A program made the position numbers and the translations under genes. A stretch of 64,000 bases of DNA from Mobula hypostoma (taxonomy: Eukaryota). How positions within the stretch are numbered: the first letter of the stretch is position 1; the number at the start of each line of letters is the position of its first letter. This document shows positions 25,524-37,645 of the stretch, in pieces. Where the stretch lies: assembly GCF_963921235.1 (NCBI RefSeq), contig NC_086097.1, positions 50,842,001-50,906,000 on the forward strand. Direction: 5' to 3'. The notes beneath the pieces are model-generated. The model had not been told where the DNA came from. It searched no databases and worked only from the letters and a program-made list of their open reading frames with translations.

Positions 25524-25977
25524 TTTTAAACTAAAGTTCTGCAATGAAAGCCAATACTATATATCTGTACAGATACTATCTGTGTATATTTAAAAAAATA
25601 TTTACCACTATCTTTCCAAAGAAATTCAGCAATTAACCACACAATTTTAATATTGACTTCAACTATATTGACAGTAAGCCAGTTCAGCTTTAGTGTTTAT
25701 TCAAATTCTTTCTTCCATAATAATTAGATGCCTCTTCCTGTATCTAACTACACAACATACATAATAATAATGAAGCATTCACTGTAAACTTGAATAAGAC
25801 TTATTTCACTGTCTATAAAAACTAGAGTATTTATGGGTCTGCAAAGTTACATAATTAAAATGGAATGAATCAGAGGGTCTCTAAATGAGCAAACAGGAAC
25901 CTTGTTATATGACCAGCAAGCTTCAACTAGCGTATTCTCAGTTTATTTTTACATAACAACACCTTCAATGTACAGTA

Positions 25978-26482
25978 ACACACATCAAAGTTGCTGGTGA
26001 ACGCAGCAGGCCAGGCAGCATCTGTAGGAAGAGGTGCAGTCAACGTTTCAGGCCGAGACCCTTCGTCAGGACTAACTGAAGGAAGAGTGAGTAAGGGATT
26101 TGAAAGTTGGAGGGGGAGGGGGAGATCCAAAATGATAGGAGAAGACAGGAGGGGGAGGGATAGAGCCAAGAGCTGGACAGGTGATAGGCAAAAGGGGATA
26201 CGAGAGAATCATGGGACAGGAGGTCCGGGAAGAAAGACGGGGGGTGGTGACCCAGAGGATGGGCAAGAGGTATATTCAGAGGGACAGAGGGAGAAAAAGG
26301 AGAGTGAGAGAAAGAATGTGTGCATAAAAATAAGTAACAGATGGGGTATGAGGGGGAGGTGGGGCCTTAGCGGAAGTTAGAGAAGTCAATGTTCATGCCA
26401 TCAGGTTGGAGGCTACCCAGACGTTCACCAGCAATTTTGATGTGTGTTGCTTGAATTTCCAGCATCTGCAGAATTCCTGTTG
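25978..26482 (-). mobile_element. Penelope-like element 3' end with short inverted arm
   Basis: Same family as 6766-8290. Minus arm 25978-26421 and plus arm 26422-26482. TSD ttcaatgtacagta at 25964-25977 and 26483-26496. Confidence 0.9.
26038..26073 (-). ncRNA. Minimal hammerhead ribozyme (GUU cleavage-site variant)
   Basis: Minus strand AGTC-CTGACGA-AGG GTCTCGG CCT-GAAAC-GTT-GACT. Confidence 0.75.
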
Positions 26483-27148
26483 TTCAATGTACAGTAGTCA
26501 GTTTCTAATCTGAATCCGGTGATAAAACTCAAATGGAGGTATTGCTTGCTCAGATTAGTGCTCACAATCTCACTTACGTCAGTTCCCACTGAAGAATTTT
26601 TAATTGGAATGATTCAATTGCAGTCCCAGAAGGCTTTATTTTCTCATGCTTAACATCTTCAGTTTTAAACATGAGTGAAATAATTTAACAGGATTCTGAA
26701 TACCCCCTCCTCACCCCAACATCACTACCACAAAACAGATCTCAATTAAAAGTAAGTCTCCTATTCTTATGCTCACCACTTTCCACTTCCTTCTTCCCTG
26801 CAGCCCATTAACTCCATTTGACAATTTCCTACCGTTTCAAAAGGGGTTAAGGAGGTAACATTAATAAACTAATTGATCTTTTGGGAATGTAGCAGGACAA
26901 CAGGTTTCTCAGCAAATAATGAAGCCTATACATGCAAAAAGGAAAAGTTCCTCACAGACCGCATGGATCTAACATAAATTTAAAGCAATGACAGTTTTTA
27001 ATCAACTTCCCTTTCATTCACAGATTTTGTCCTGCTGGTGAATTCAGTTATCAGCACACAGTAGGGTCACGATACCTTGCATACTGATGATTGATCCGAA
27101 GTCTTGGAAAGCTTTCTTCGCTGTGCCCCTTTTAGGGTGATCAGGGAG

Positions 27149-28347
27149 CTGTGCGTTTCTGCCCCACTGGGGTGATGAACTGGGGCCTGTGCGATTCTGC
27201 CCACTGGGGTGATGAACTGGGGCCTGTGCGTTTCTGCCCCACTGGGGTGATGAACTGGAGCCTGTGCGTTTCTGCCCCACTGGGGTGATGAACTGGAGCC
27301 TGTGCGTTTCTGCCCCACTGGGGTGATGAACTGGTGCCTGTGCATTTCTGTCCCATTGGGGTGATGAACTGGGGTAATGAACTGGGGCCTGTGCGTTTCT
27401 GCCCCACTGGGGTGACAAACTGGGGCCTGTGCGTTTCTGCCCCACTGGGGTGACAAACTGGGGCCTGTGCGTTTCTGCCCCACTGGGGTGATGAACTGGT
27501 GCCTGTGTGTTTCTGCCCCATTGGGGTGATGAACTGGGGTAATGAACTGGGGCCTGTGCGTTTCTGCCCCACTGGGGTGACGAACTGGGGCCTGTGCGTT
27601 TCTGCCCCACTGGGGTGACGAACTGGGGCCTGTGCGTTTCTGCCCCACTGGGGTGACGAACTGGGGCCTGTGCGTTTCTGCCCCACTGGGGTGACGAACT
27701 GGGGCCTGTGCGTTTCTGCCCCACTGGGGTGACGAACTGGGGCCTGTGCGTTTCTGCCCCACTGGGGTGACGAACTGGGGCCTGTGCGTTTCTGCCCCAC
27801 TGGGGTGACGAACTGGGGCCTGTGCGTTTCTGCCCCACTGGGGTGACGAACTGGGGCCTGTGAGTTTCTGCCCCACTGGGGTGACGAACTGGGGCCTGTG
27901 CGTTTCTGCCCCACTGGGGTGACGAACTGGGGCCTGTGCGTTTCTGCCCCACTGGGGTGACGAACTGGGGCCTGTGCGTTTCTGCCCCACTGGGGTGACG
28001 AACTGGGGCCTGTGAGTTTCTGCCCCACTGGGGTGACGAACTGGGGTCTGTGCGTTTCTGCCCCACTGGGGTGACGAACTGGTGCCTGTGCGTTTCTGCC
28101 CCACTGGGGTGATGAACTGGGGCCTGTGCGTTTCTGCCCCACTGGGGTGATGAACTGGGGCCTGTGCGTTTCTGCCCCACTGGGGTGATGAACTGGGGCC
28201 TGTGCGTTTCTGCCCCACTGGGGTGATGAACTGGGGCCTGTGCGTTTCTGCCCCACTGGGGTGATGAACTGGGGCCTGTGCGTTTCTGCCCCACTGGGGT
28301 GATGAACTGGTGCCTGTGTATTTCTGCCCACTGGGGTGATGAACTGG
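27149..28347. repeat. 38-bp GC-rich minisatellite, about 31 units
   Basis: Unit ctggggcctgtgcgtttctgccccactggggtga(c/t)gaa repeated head-to-tail with no unique spacers. Confidence 0.97.
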
Positions 28348-28870
28348 CTCCTGCTCGGGAGAGGATCTGGGACTCAGTTTGGTTCGGGATGCTGCTGGCT
28401 TGCTTCTATTGTTTGCATGATGTGCGTTTCTTTCTCTCTCTCTCTTTCTCTGCGCAGTGGTTTTTAGTCTTTTTAAAATTGGGTTATTGGGTTTCTTGCT
28501 TTGTGGCTGCCTGCAAGCAGACAGATTTCAAGGTCTATAATTTATACATCTTTGATAATAAATGTACTTTGAATATTTATCTGCACCCAAACTAACTACA
28601 GCTCAGAATCAACACCAAGGTTTTTCATGTCAATTACCTGGGAGAAGAGCATGTTTTAAACTACTTAAAAAATCTTGCAACCTGCTTTACCCCTTGCTAA
28701 AATACAAAACTATCCCCCTGTGATAGTTTGACTCAGTGAAGGTAAATCCCAGAAGTTACTCTGGGACAATACATTACAATGTTTTGGCATAGAATGAGAG
28801 ATAAAATCATTTAAGTTCTGTGGCAAACCAGAACATAAAAGCAAATTCAGCAGGTAGACTCTTAAATTCT

Positions 28871-28952
28871 GTCCTGATGAAGGGTCTTGCCCCAAAACAT
28901 CAACTGTTTACTCATTTCCATAGACACTGCCTGGCCTGCTGTGTTTCTCCAG

Positions 28953-28993
<41 letters not shown>

Positions 28994-29682
28994 CGTGTGT
29001 GTGTGCGCGCGTGTGCGTGTGTGTGTGTGCGTGCGTGTGTGTATGTGTGTGTGCGTACGCGTGTGTGTGTGCGTACGCGTGTGTGTGTGCACGTGTGTGC
29101 GTGTGTTTGTGCGTGCGCGTGTGTGTGTGCGTGCGCGCATGTGTGTGTGCTTGTGTGTGTGTCTGCGTGCGCGTGTGTGTGCGTGCGCGCGCGTGTGTGC
29201 ATGTGTGTGTGCGTATGTGTGTGCGTGTGTGTGTGTGTGTGTGTGCGCGTGTGTGTGTGTGCGCGTGTGTGTGCGTGTGTGGGCGTGTGTGTGTGTGTGC
29301 GTGTGTGTGTGCATGTGTGTGTGTGTGTGTGCGCGCGCGCGTGTGTGCGTGTGTGTGTGTATGTGTGTGCGTGTGTGTGTGCGTGTGTATGTGTGTGTGC
29401 GCGCATGTGCGTGTGTGTGCGCGCGCGTGTGTGTTTGCATGTGTGGGCACGCGTGTGTGTGTGTGTGTGCGCGTGTGTGTGCGTGCATGTGCATGTGCGT
29501 GTATGTGTGTGTGTGTGTGCGTGTGTGCCTGTGTGTGTATGTGTGCGTGTGTGTGTGCGCGCGCGTGTATGTGTGTGTGTATGTGTGCGTGTGTGTGTGT
29601 GTATGTGTGTGTGTGTGTGTGTGTGTGCGTGTGCGTGCGTGTGTGTGTGTGTATGTGTGTGTGTGTGTGTGTGCGTGCGTGT

Positions 29683-29720
<38 letters not shown>

Positions 29721-30706
29721 GTGTATGTGTGTGTGTGTGCGTGCGTGTGTGTGTGTGTGTGCGTGTGTGGGCGCGTGTGTGTGTGTGTGTGGTGTGTGTG
29801 TGTGTGCGTGTGTGTGTGTGCATGTGTGTGTGTGTGTGTGTGTGTGTGAGTGTGCGTGCGTGTGTGTGTGTGTATGTGTGTGTGTGTGTGTGTGCGTGCG
29901 TGTGTGTATGTGTGTGTGTGTGTGTGTGTGCGTGTGTGTATGTGTGTGTGTGTGTGCGTGCGTGTGTGTGTGTGTGCGTGTGTGGGCGCGTGTGTGTGTG
30001 TGTGGTGTGTGTGTGTGTGCGTGTGTGTGTGTGCATGTGTGTGTGTATGTGTGTGCACGTGTGTGTGTGTGTATGTGTGCGTGTGTGTGTGCGCGTGTGT
30101 GTGTGCGCGCGTGTGTGTATGTGTGCGTGTGTGTGTGCGTGCGCGTGTGTATGTGTGTGCGTGTGTGTGTGTGCGCGTGTGTTTGTGTGTATGTGTGCGT
30201 GTGTGTGTGCGCGTGTGTGTATGTGTGCATGTGTGTATGTGTGCGTGTGTGTGTGCGTGCGTTAGTGTGTGTGTGTGCGTGTGTGTGTATGTGTGTGTGT
30301 GTGCGTGCGTGTGTGTGCGCGCGCGCGTGCGTGTGTCTGTGTGTGTGTGCGTGTGTGTGTGCGTGTGCCTGTGTGTGCGTGCGTGTGTGCGTGCGTGTGT
30401 GTATGTTTGTGTGTATGTGTGTGTGTGCGTGTGTGTGTATGTGTGTGTGTGCGTGTGTGTGCGTGTGTGTATGTGTGTGTGTGTGTGTGCATGTGTGTGT
30501 GCGTGTGTGTGCGCGCGTGCGTTTGTGTGCGTGTGCGTGTGCGTGTGCGCTTGTGTGTGTATGTGTGCGTGTGTGAGTGTATGTGTGCGTGTGTGTGTGT
30601 TCGTGCGTGTGTGTGTGTGTGTGCGTGCATGTGTGTGTGTGTGCGTGCGTGCGTGTGTGTGCGCGCGTGTGTGTGTGTGTGTGTGTGTGTGCGTGTGTGC
30701 ATGTGC

Positions 30707-30757
<51 letters not shown>

Positions 30758-30796
30758 TGTTGCTTTGGATTTCTAGCATCTGCAGATTTTCTTGTG
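28871..30796 (+). mobile_element. Older Penelope-like 3' end (dead hammerhead), split by a giant microsatellite
   Basis: gtcctgatgaagggtcttgcccc-AAAAC (GAAA core mutated)...ccagcattttgtg[repeat]tgttgctttggatttctagcatctgcagattttcttgtg. Confidence 0.8.
28958..30759. repeat. ~1.8-kb compound (GT/GC/AT) alternating purine-pyrimidine microsatellite
   Basis: Continuous gtgt/gcgt/gtat dinucleotides. Source of the CV/HT low-complexity ORFs. Confidence 0.98.
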
Positions 30797-30955
30797 CAAA
30801 TGAATTAGATTTTATCTCCCTAGGAAAACATCCTATTGAAATCCTTCTGTGATCAATGTTGGTTATCCAGCAAACTTGATTCCCACATGTTCAGATTCAG
30901 TCCTGATTTGTTTCTTTCCTTAGACAAATTGGAACTGTACTCACGTACTGCATAT

Positions 30956-31411
30956 AATTTCCAGAGGTACTAATCGCACACAGGGTTACTTGCTAGACCT
31001 TGGATATAGTAAGTTATGCAGATCTTCCCAAACCAGACAGATGTACACACTTGATGATAGACAAGCCAATTATCCATATTTTTCAAAGGAACCAGCTTAT
31101 AAAGCATAAGGCATTTTTGGCCTCATGTCCTAAAGCCCCTCCTTTGTGTAGAGTTAGTTTGAAATCTAGATTGATTGGAAACAGATCCTTTAAATAGAAC
31201 AGGGATAGAAATTAGCACCGGAATGCTGAGCCATATGGAGAGCTCAGAATCCATGCCAGCACTCTAGGGCTGGAGTTCAGTGAATTAGAGGTCAATGGTT
31301 CAGCTGGACTGTTCTGTCTATCATCAAGTGTGTACGTCTGTCTGGTTTGGGAAGAACTGCGTAACTTACTATAGCAAATAGCTCTGTGTGCAATTAGTAC
31401 CTCTGGAAATT
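30956..31411. mobile_element. Unclassified fold-back element with ~100-bp inverted arms
   Basis: Arm 30956-31063 (aatttccagaggtactaat...cacttgatgatagaca) is the reverse complement of 31315-31411, apart from an 11-bp indel and a few substitutions. Confidence 0.7.
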
Positions 31412-33224
31412 TTAAGCTTTCACGTTTTCTTTCTTAATCTTAAACAAGTTTTAATGAAAACGAGTATCACTAGAGTGTGCAGTATCCTGAGGACAAGTAT
31501 ATTTACAATGCCTTGAGCCTAACATTTTCTGTTGCTTCCCCCCATCACTGAAGAATTAGGGATGTTTGTTCATGATCACAAAATTCCTCAGGAAATAAGG
31601 CAGACCAGGCTTATTCGCATCAGAATCTGCAACACAGTCAGGACAAAACAGCAAGTGATATTTCCACTGAATCCAACAAGAGTCTAATCGCCACCCCTTG
31701 CCATCCTGTGCCATCACAGCCAATGGTATGTGGCTGGTGCTCTTAGGGTGTGTGCCCATGCTAGAAGGACAATGGATCATGAAGGAACTGCAAATGGTAA
31801 TATCCAGTGCTATGTACCAATGCAATATCCTCATCGCTGACTAGGAGTCAAATGGACAAGCTGCATAAATGATGTAGCAACGAGAGCAAGTCAGAATTTG
31901 GTTACTCAGCTACTTTTTCTGCACCTCCTGATTCCATGAAGCTTATCTCACACCAAAAGGGCATAACTTGCAAGTATGACAGTATATCATTCGCTGCCCT
32001 GGAAGTGTGCAGCTCCAACAACTCTCCAGAGGCTTCACTCTAGCAAGCTCAAAGTAACTCGCCACATTGACTCCCTATAGGCCACCCTGAATATTGAAAT
32101 CGAATTACAGAAACTCGCCAAAACTGATTCAAAAGAAACTCCCAAATCCATGATCTTCATCTAAAAAGACAAAGAATGCAGGTGCATGAAATACTCTGCT
32201 TTCAAACACAGGTCAGAGGCTGGATATTCTTAAATGAGTGAACATCTGACTCTCTGAAAACTTTCTACTATCACCCTTTGTAACGGAATATTCTCCACAT
32301 GCCCACTGTGCTGCAACACCACTCAAACACCCGACGCCATTAAAGAAAAACAGAATTTTGCTTGATTTCCAACCTATCAGCCAGGCTAAATACAGCAGGG
32401 TTTGGGTACAAAGCATCACTCTGGACAATAAAGAAATGGATTTCATTTTTACTGACATCTGTAAGTCAATTTTGTTTGCAAGTCAGAAAATGCTCAGAAT
32501 CGCTTGATATGGTAACCATATCTCTGCAGGATTATAATGAATAGCATCAAAAACAAGTAAAACTGTTTATAAAAATCTACAAGTAGAGAAGGGGATAACT
32601 AATTCTATTGTTTGTAGGAATGAATGTATATACATATACATTAGACTTGTGAATTGAATATTACAGGAGCTCATTCATATGTTATGGTGTCCATAAGTCA
32701 AGCAGGTGTAACCTGGGGGCTGTCTGTAATCATTTGCTCCACTATTTCTGAACAATGACTACAGTGTGTGCTATTTACAGAAAGCACTTCAATTATTCAC
32801 CAGGACTACTTCAGCAATACCACTTGAACACCATGAAGGTTACAAGCAGCAGCAGCATGGAAACGTCACCTCTTAAAGGCTCCTCTCCAATTTGCTCACC
32901 TTGCTGACTTCATGGGTATTCCCATCGCCAACAGTGACGGACAATAAAGACAAGGGTGAAGCATTCACAACCACGTTCAGTCAGAAGTGCTAGTTTGACG
33001 GTCCACCTCCGCTTCAGTTCACTCTGTGTAACTTTAAAAAAAAAGGCTGTGAGCACTGGACACAGCAGCTTTGTTGGGACCAGACAACATCCTAACTTTG
33101 CAGAACTAGCTGTGCCTTTAGCTAAACTGACCAGAACAGTTATTTATGAGAGGAGGTGGATACCTGCTCACAGAGTTCACTGGAAAAAGTTCAAATTCAA
33201 TTCAGCTAATACGACCCAACCACC

Positions 33225-34690
33225 AACCTCTTGCCCAACATCAGTAAAACTAAAGAGCCAGTTGTTGATTTCAGCAAGGGAAAGGAGGGTGATCATGCAC
33301 TGGCTTACACTGGGAAATCAGCAGTGATGCAAGTCAGTGGCTTTAAATTCTTGAGTGTTAACAAATCTCTTCTGGGTCAGCATATATATGCAATCACAAG
33401 GAAGGTGTGCCAGTTTTTACTTTCTTGGGAGCTTAAGGAGGGTCAGTTTATCAGCATACACTTTTAAAAACTTCTACAATTATACTATTGAAAGTATGAT
33501 GACTGGTCCTATCATCATCTGATACAGCAATTCAAATGAGCAGGAATAAAAGAAGCTGCAGACAGTCGTGGACTCAGCACTGTACATCACAGGCACGTCC
33601 CTCTCCATGACAAATAGTATCGACAGTAGTTACTGCTTCAAGAAGGTAACATCCGTCATGGAACATTGAACAATACACCCTTCAGCCCACAATGTTGTGC
33701 TGACCTACAGTCTAACCGTTCCCTCCTACACAGCCCACAACCTTCTATTTTTCTTAAAGTCTAAGAGTCTTTTAAATGCCCTATTGTATTAGTCTCTACC
33801 ACCACACCTGGCAGTGTGCTCCAGACACTAATCACTCTGTGTAAATATCCTACCTCTGACCTCTCCCCCAAACTTTCCTCCACTCACCTTAAATGGATGT
33901 CCTCTGGTACTGGGATTGCCACCCTGGGAAAAAGATGCCGACTGTCCACTTTTTATATGCATCTCATAATCTTATACAGCTCTATCACTGACACCTCTCA
34001 TCCTCCTTCACTCCAAAGAGCAAAGTCCTAACCTTTCCTAATAAGATATCATCAAAGATCCCCACCATTTTCCTTTTAGGACCGAGATTAGGAAAAACTT
34101 CTTCACACAGAGAGTGGTGAATCTGTGGAATTCTCTGCCACAGGAAACAGTTGAGGCCAGTTCATTGGCTATGTTTAAGAGGGAGTTAGATATGGCCCTT
34201 GTGGCTACGGGGGTCAGGGGGTATGGAGGGAAGGCTGGGGCGGGGTTCTGAGTTGGATGATCAGCCATGATCATAATAAATGGCGGTGCAGGCTCGAAGG
34301 GCCGAATGGCCTACTCCTGCACCTATTTTCTATGTTTCTATGTTTCTATTCCATCTTCCCAGAGCTACCACTGGGCAACAGGTACAGAAGCTTGAAGCTC
34401 CACACTGCCAGGGTTAAGAACATCTGCTTTCCTTCAACTGTTTGGTTCTTGAATCAACCTACACATCCTAATCACTGCAGTTTAGCAACACTATAACCAC
34501 TTTGTTCACTTTGCACTCAATTACCCTTCATATATTTTTTGTTCTAATTGCATTCTTTCTTGTAAAAAAATGCATATAATTTACAGTTTTGTTGTAAATG
34601 CAGCGTATATGATGCTACCAGCAAGTAAGCTTTTCATGCACCTGTGCATACACGTTCTTGTATGTGGCAATAACTTTGCTTTTGACCTTT
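33225..34690 (+). mobile_element. Rex1-like LINE remnant split by two CR1 3' ends (33659-34040 minus; 34069-34348 plus)
   Basis: Rex1 sequence resumes across both inserts (atcatcaaagatccccaccat | ccatcttcccagagctacca). The younger CR1 ends in (tctatgtt)n. Confidence 0.75.
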
Positions 34691-34849
34691 GATCATAAGT
34701 TTGCAAGTGGGGTATTCAGTGATGATTGTGCAATGTCCAGCTGTGTCTGCAGCTGCCCAGTAACTGAGGCAAGTCATGCCCCCAAACTGTAGAACATAGT
34801 CGACATAAGAAATAGGCTCATAAGTGGCAGGTAACATAAAAGTGCTTGG

Positions 34850-35370
34850 AGTATTGTGTATAGTTTTGGTCTCCTTAGTCGCCATAGAGGGAGTGCAGCC
34901 AAGATTCAACAGAACAATTCCAAGGATGTCAAGTTTGCCATATGTGGAGAAATTGAATAGCTTTGACCTATCTACTCTTTATGGTTTGGAAGAATAAGAG
35001 ATTTCCTTACAGCACAAAATTTTGAAAAGGCATGTCATGCCAGATGCAGGGGAAATGTATTCCCTGACTGAGGGGCAGGACACACAGTCTAGGATGAAAG
35101 GCAGGCTGTTTGGACTGAGGTGAAGGGAACTGTCTTCATTCCAAAGATAATCAACCTTTGGAACTTTCTACCCAGAGAATTGTGGAGGTTCAGTTACTGT
35201 CTTCATTGAAAAGACAGACTTGTAAATATCTGTTTATTTAGTTTGAAATTCAAAAGGGAATCAAGGTATGTGGGGATAGTCTTGGAAAATGACAACTATC
35301 AGTCATAATGTTAATGAAGGGCAGAGCAGGCTGAAGGACCAGATGACCTACACTGCTTTTATTTCTTCTG
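34850..35370 (+). mobile_element. Old CR1 3' remnant
   Basis: cttggagtattgtgtatagttttggtctcc and tail gcaggctgaaggaccagatgacctac. Confidence 0.6.
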
Positions 35371-36251
35371 TGCCAAGGCATTGACGAGCTCCAAAAGCGA
35401 AAACCTAACTATCTTCCACTGTCAATCAGTACCACTACCATCATGAGCACCTTATCACCAACAGCTACTGACCTGAAACTTAGTGGGACCAACTACATAA
35501 ATACCACAGTTACACAGCAGATCAGAGGCTTGGATATACTCGTGGAAGCGACTTGCCTTCTGACACCCAAGTCCCACAATCTGCAAGTTTGAACACCCCC
35601 GATTTGTCTGAAAAATGCAAATCAAACAATATCAAAGAAGCTCGATGTCATCCAGGACAGAGCAGCCCATTTGCATGGAACCTCATTCCTAATTCTGAAT
35701 GTGCATTCCCTGCTCCACAGATGCTCGCTGGCTGTAGTGTGCACCATATACAAAATGCACTGCACTACCAAGACAGCACTTTCTGAATCTGCAACCTCGA
35801 ATACTAAGCTGAGTAGATGAATGGTATGACCATCACCTGCATATTCACCTCCAAGTTGCACACCATCCTGACTTAGAACTGTATCAGCACTTCTTCATTA
35901 TGGCTGATCTAAATGCTCAAACTCGCAACGCAATAGCACCATGTAAATATCATCACCAGAAGGACTCAAGGTGGTGACCCATCACGACCTTCCGAACAGC
36001 AGTTCTGATGAGTGTTGAAATACAGTAAATAAAGATATTTTTAGAAAATGTGTGCCTCCATCCAGTCTCTTAGTTACTGTATATGACTCTACTGCAGTCA
36101 ATTGCAATTGACATTAAACTATTAAAAGGTGCAAGGGGAAAATATTTTAATGTTTCTTCATTCTTGTTACTAAAGCAGATCTTATGATTAGGTGCTACAG
36201 CAAGTCAATGATTACAGTTGTAAAATTTAATCCCTAATATAAACAATAGTT

Positions 36252-37105
36252 ACACACATCAAAGTTGCCGGTGAACGCAGCAGGCCAGGCAGCATCTCTA
36301 GGAAGAGGTACAGTCGACGTTTCGGGCCGAGACCCTTCGTCAGGACTAACTGAAGGAAGAGCTAGTAAGAGATTTGAAAGTGGGAGGGGGAGGGATGGAG
36401 CCAAGAGCTGGACAGGTGATTGGCAAAAGGGATATGAGAGGGATCATGGGACAGGAGGTCTGGGAAGAAAGACAAGGGGGGGGAACCCAGAGGATGGGCA
36501 AGGGGGATAGTCAGAGGGACAGAGGGAGAAAAAGGAGAGAGAGAGAAAGAATGTGTGTATATAAATAAATAAAGGATGGGGTACGAGAGGGATGTAGGGC
36601 ATTAGCAGAAGTTAGAGAAGTCAATGTTCATGCCATCAGGTTGGAGGCTACCCAGACAGAGTATAAGGTGTTGCTCCTCCAACCTGAGTGTGGCTTCATC
36701 TTTACAGTAGAGGAGGTCATGGATAGACATGTCAGAATGGGAATGGGATGTGGAATTAAAATGTGTGAGCTCCTGCTTTCTCTGGCGGACAGAGCGGAGG
36801 TGTTCAGCAAAATGATCTCCCAGTCTGCGTCGGGTCTCGCCAATATATAGAAGGCCACATCAGGAGCACCGGACACAGTATATCACCCCAGCCGACTCAC
36901 AGGTGAAGTGTCGCCTCACCTGGAAGGACTGTTTGGGGCCCTGAATGGTGGTAAGGGAGGAAGTGTAAGGGCATGTGTAGCACTTGTTCCGCTTACAAGG
37001 ATAAGTGCCAGGAGGGAGATCAGTGGGGAGGGATGGGGGGGACGAATGGACAAGGGAGTCGCGTAGGGGGTGATCCCTGCGGAAAGTGGGGGGGGGGAGG
37101 GAGGG
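36252..37105 (-). mobile_element. Penelope-like element 3' portion (linker, GIY-YIG, terminal repeat)
   Basis: Colinear with 6768-7568 and extends further 5', with small deletions. Confidence 0.9.
36312..36347 (-). ncRNA. Minimal hammerhead ribozyme (stem II variant)
   Basis: Minus strand AGTC-CTGACGA-A-GGG TCTCGG CCC-GAAAC-GTC-GACT. Confidence 0.8.
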
Positions 37106-37234
37106 AAAGATAGTTGTCTTGATTCATGGATATCAATTGTGGTACAAATTTTGTTTTTGCTGCAAACCAAATATTATATTTAGGAGTTTTGAAACAAAGA
37201 GCAGTAACTTTTCTATTTATCTGGAAATGAACAG

Positions 37235-37645
37235 AACACTACAGCCTATACAGGCCTTTCGGCCCACAATGTTGTGCCGATCTTTTAACCTACTCTAAGA
37301 TCAATCTAACCTTTCTCTCCCACAGATCTCTCCATTTTTCTATCATCCATATGCCCATCTAAGAGTATCTTAAAATGTCGCGAATGCATCTGTCACCCCC
37401 ACCCCAGGCAATGCATTCCACAAACTCACCACTCTCCATCTAACAAACTTACCTCTGACATTTCACTATATGTTCCTCGTAACACCTTACAGTTTTGCAC
37501 CCTCATATTAGTCAGTTCCACCCTGGGAAAAAGTCTCTGACTGTCCATTCTATCTATGCCTCTTATGCTCTTGTACACCTCTATGAAATCACCTCCTATC
37601 CTCCCCTCACTCCAAACAGAAAATCCCTAGCTCACTCAAACTATA
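37235..37645 (-). mobile_element. CR1 3' remnant
   Basis: caggcctttcggcccacaatgttgtgccg tail, homologous to the reverse of 62.3-62.7 kb. Confidence 0.7.

Noticed and set aside
27044..28331. Three long minus-strand ORFs (383-416 aa) and a CRISPR-like look
   Set aside because: They arise from a stop-free 38-bp unit read in all three frames. There are no unique spacers or cas genes, and the DNA is eukaryotic.
27149..28347. Minisatellite as a tandem hammerhead array (tgacga and gaaac words)
   Set aside because: The two words lie on opposite strands and the first lacks the C of CTGANGA, so no core can form.
28871..28906. Hammerhead-like motifs here, at ~49211-49245 and at ~535-575
   Set aside because: Core boxes are mutated (GAAA->AAAA or damaged CTGANGA), so they are counted as dead relics.
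28820..30852. Cys/Val- and His/Thr-rich ORFs up to 623 aa
   Set aside because: Translations of the dinucleotide microsatellite.
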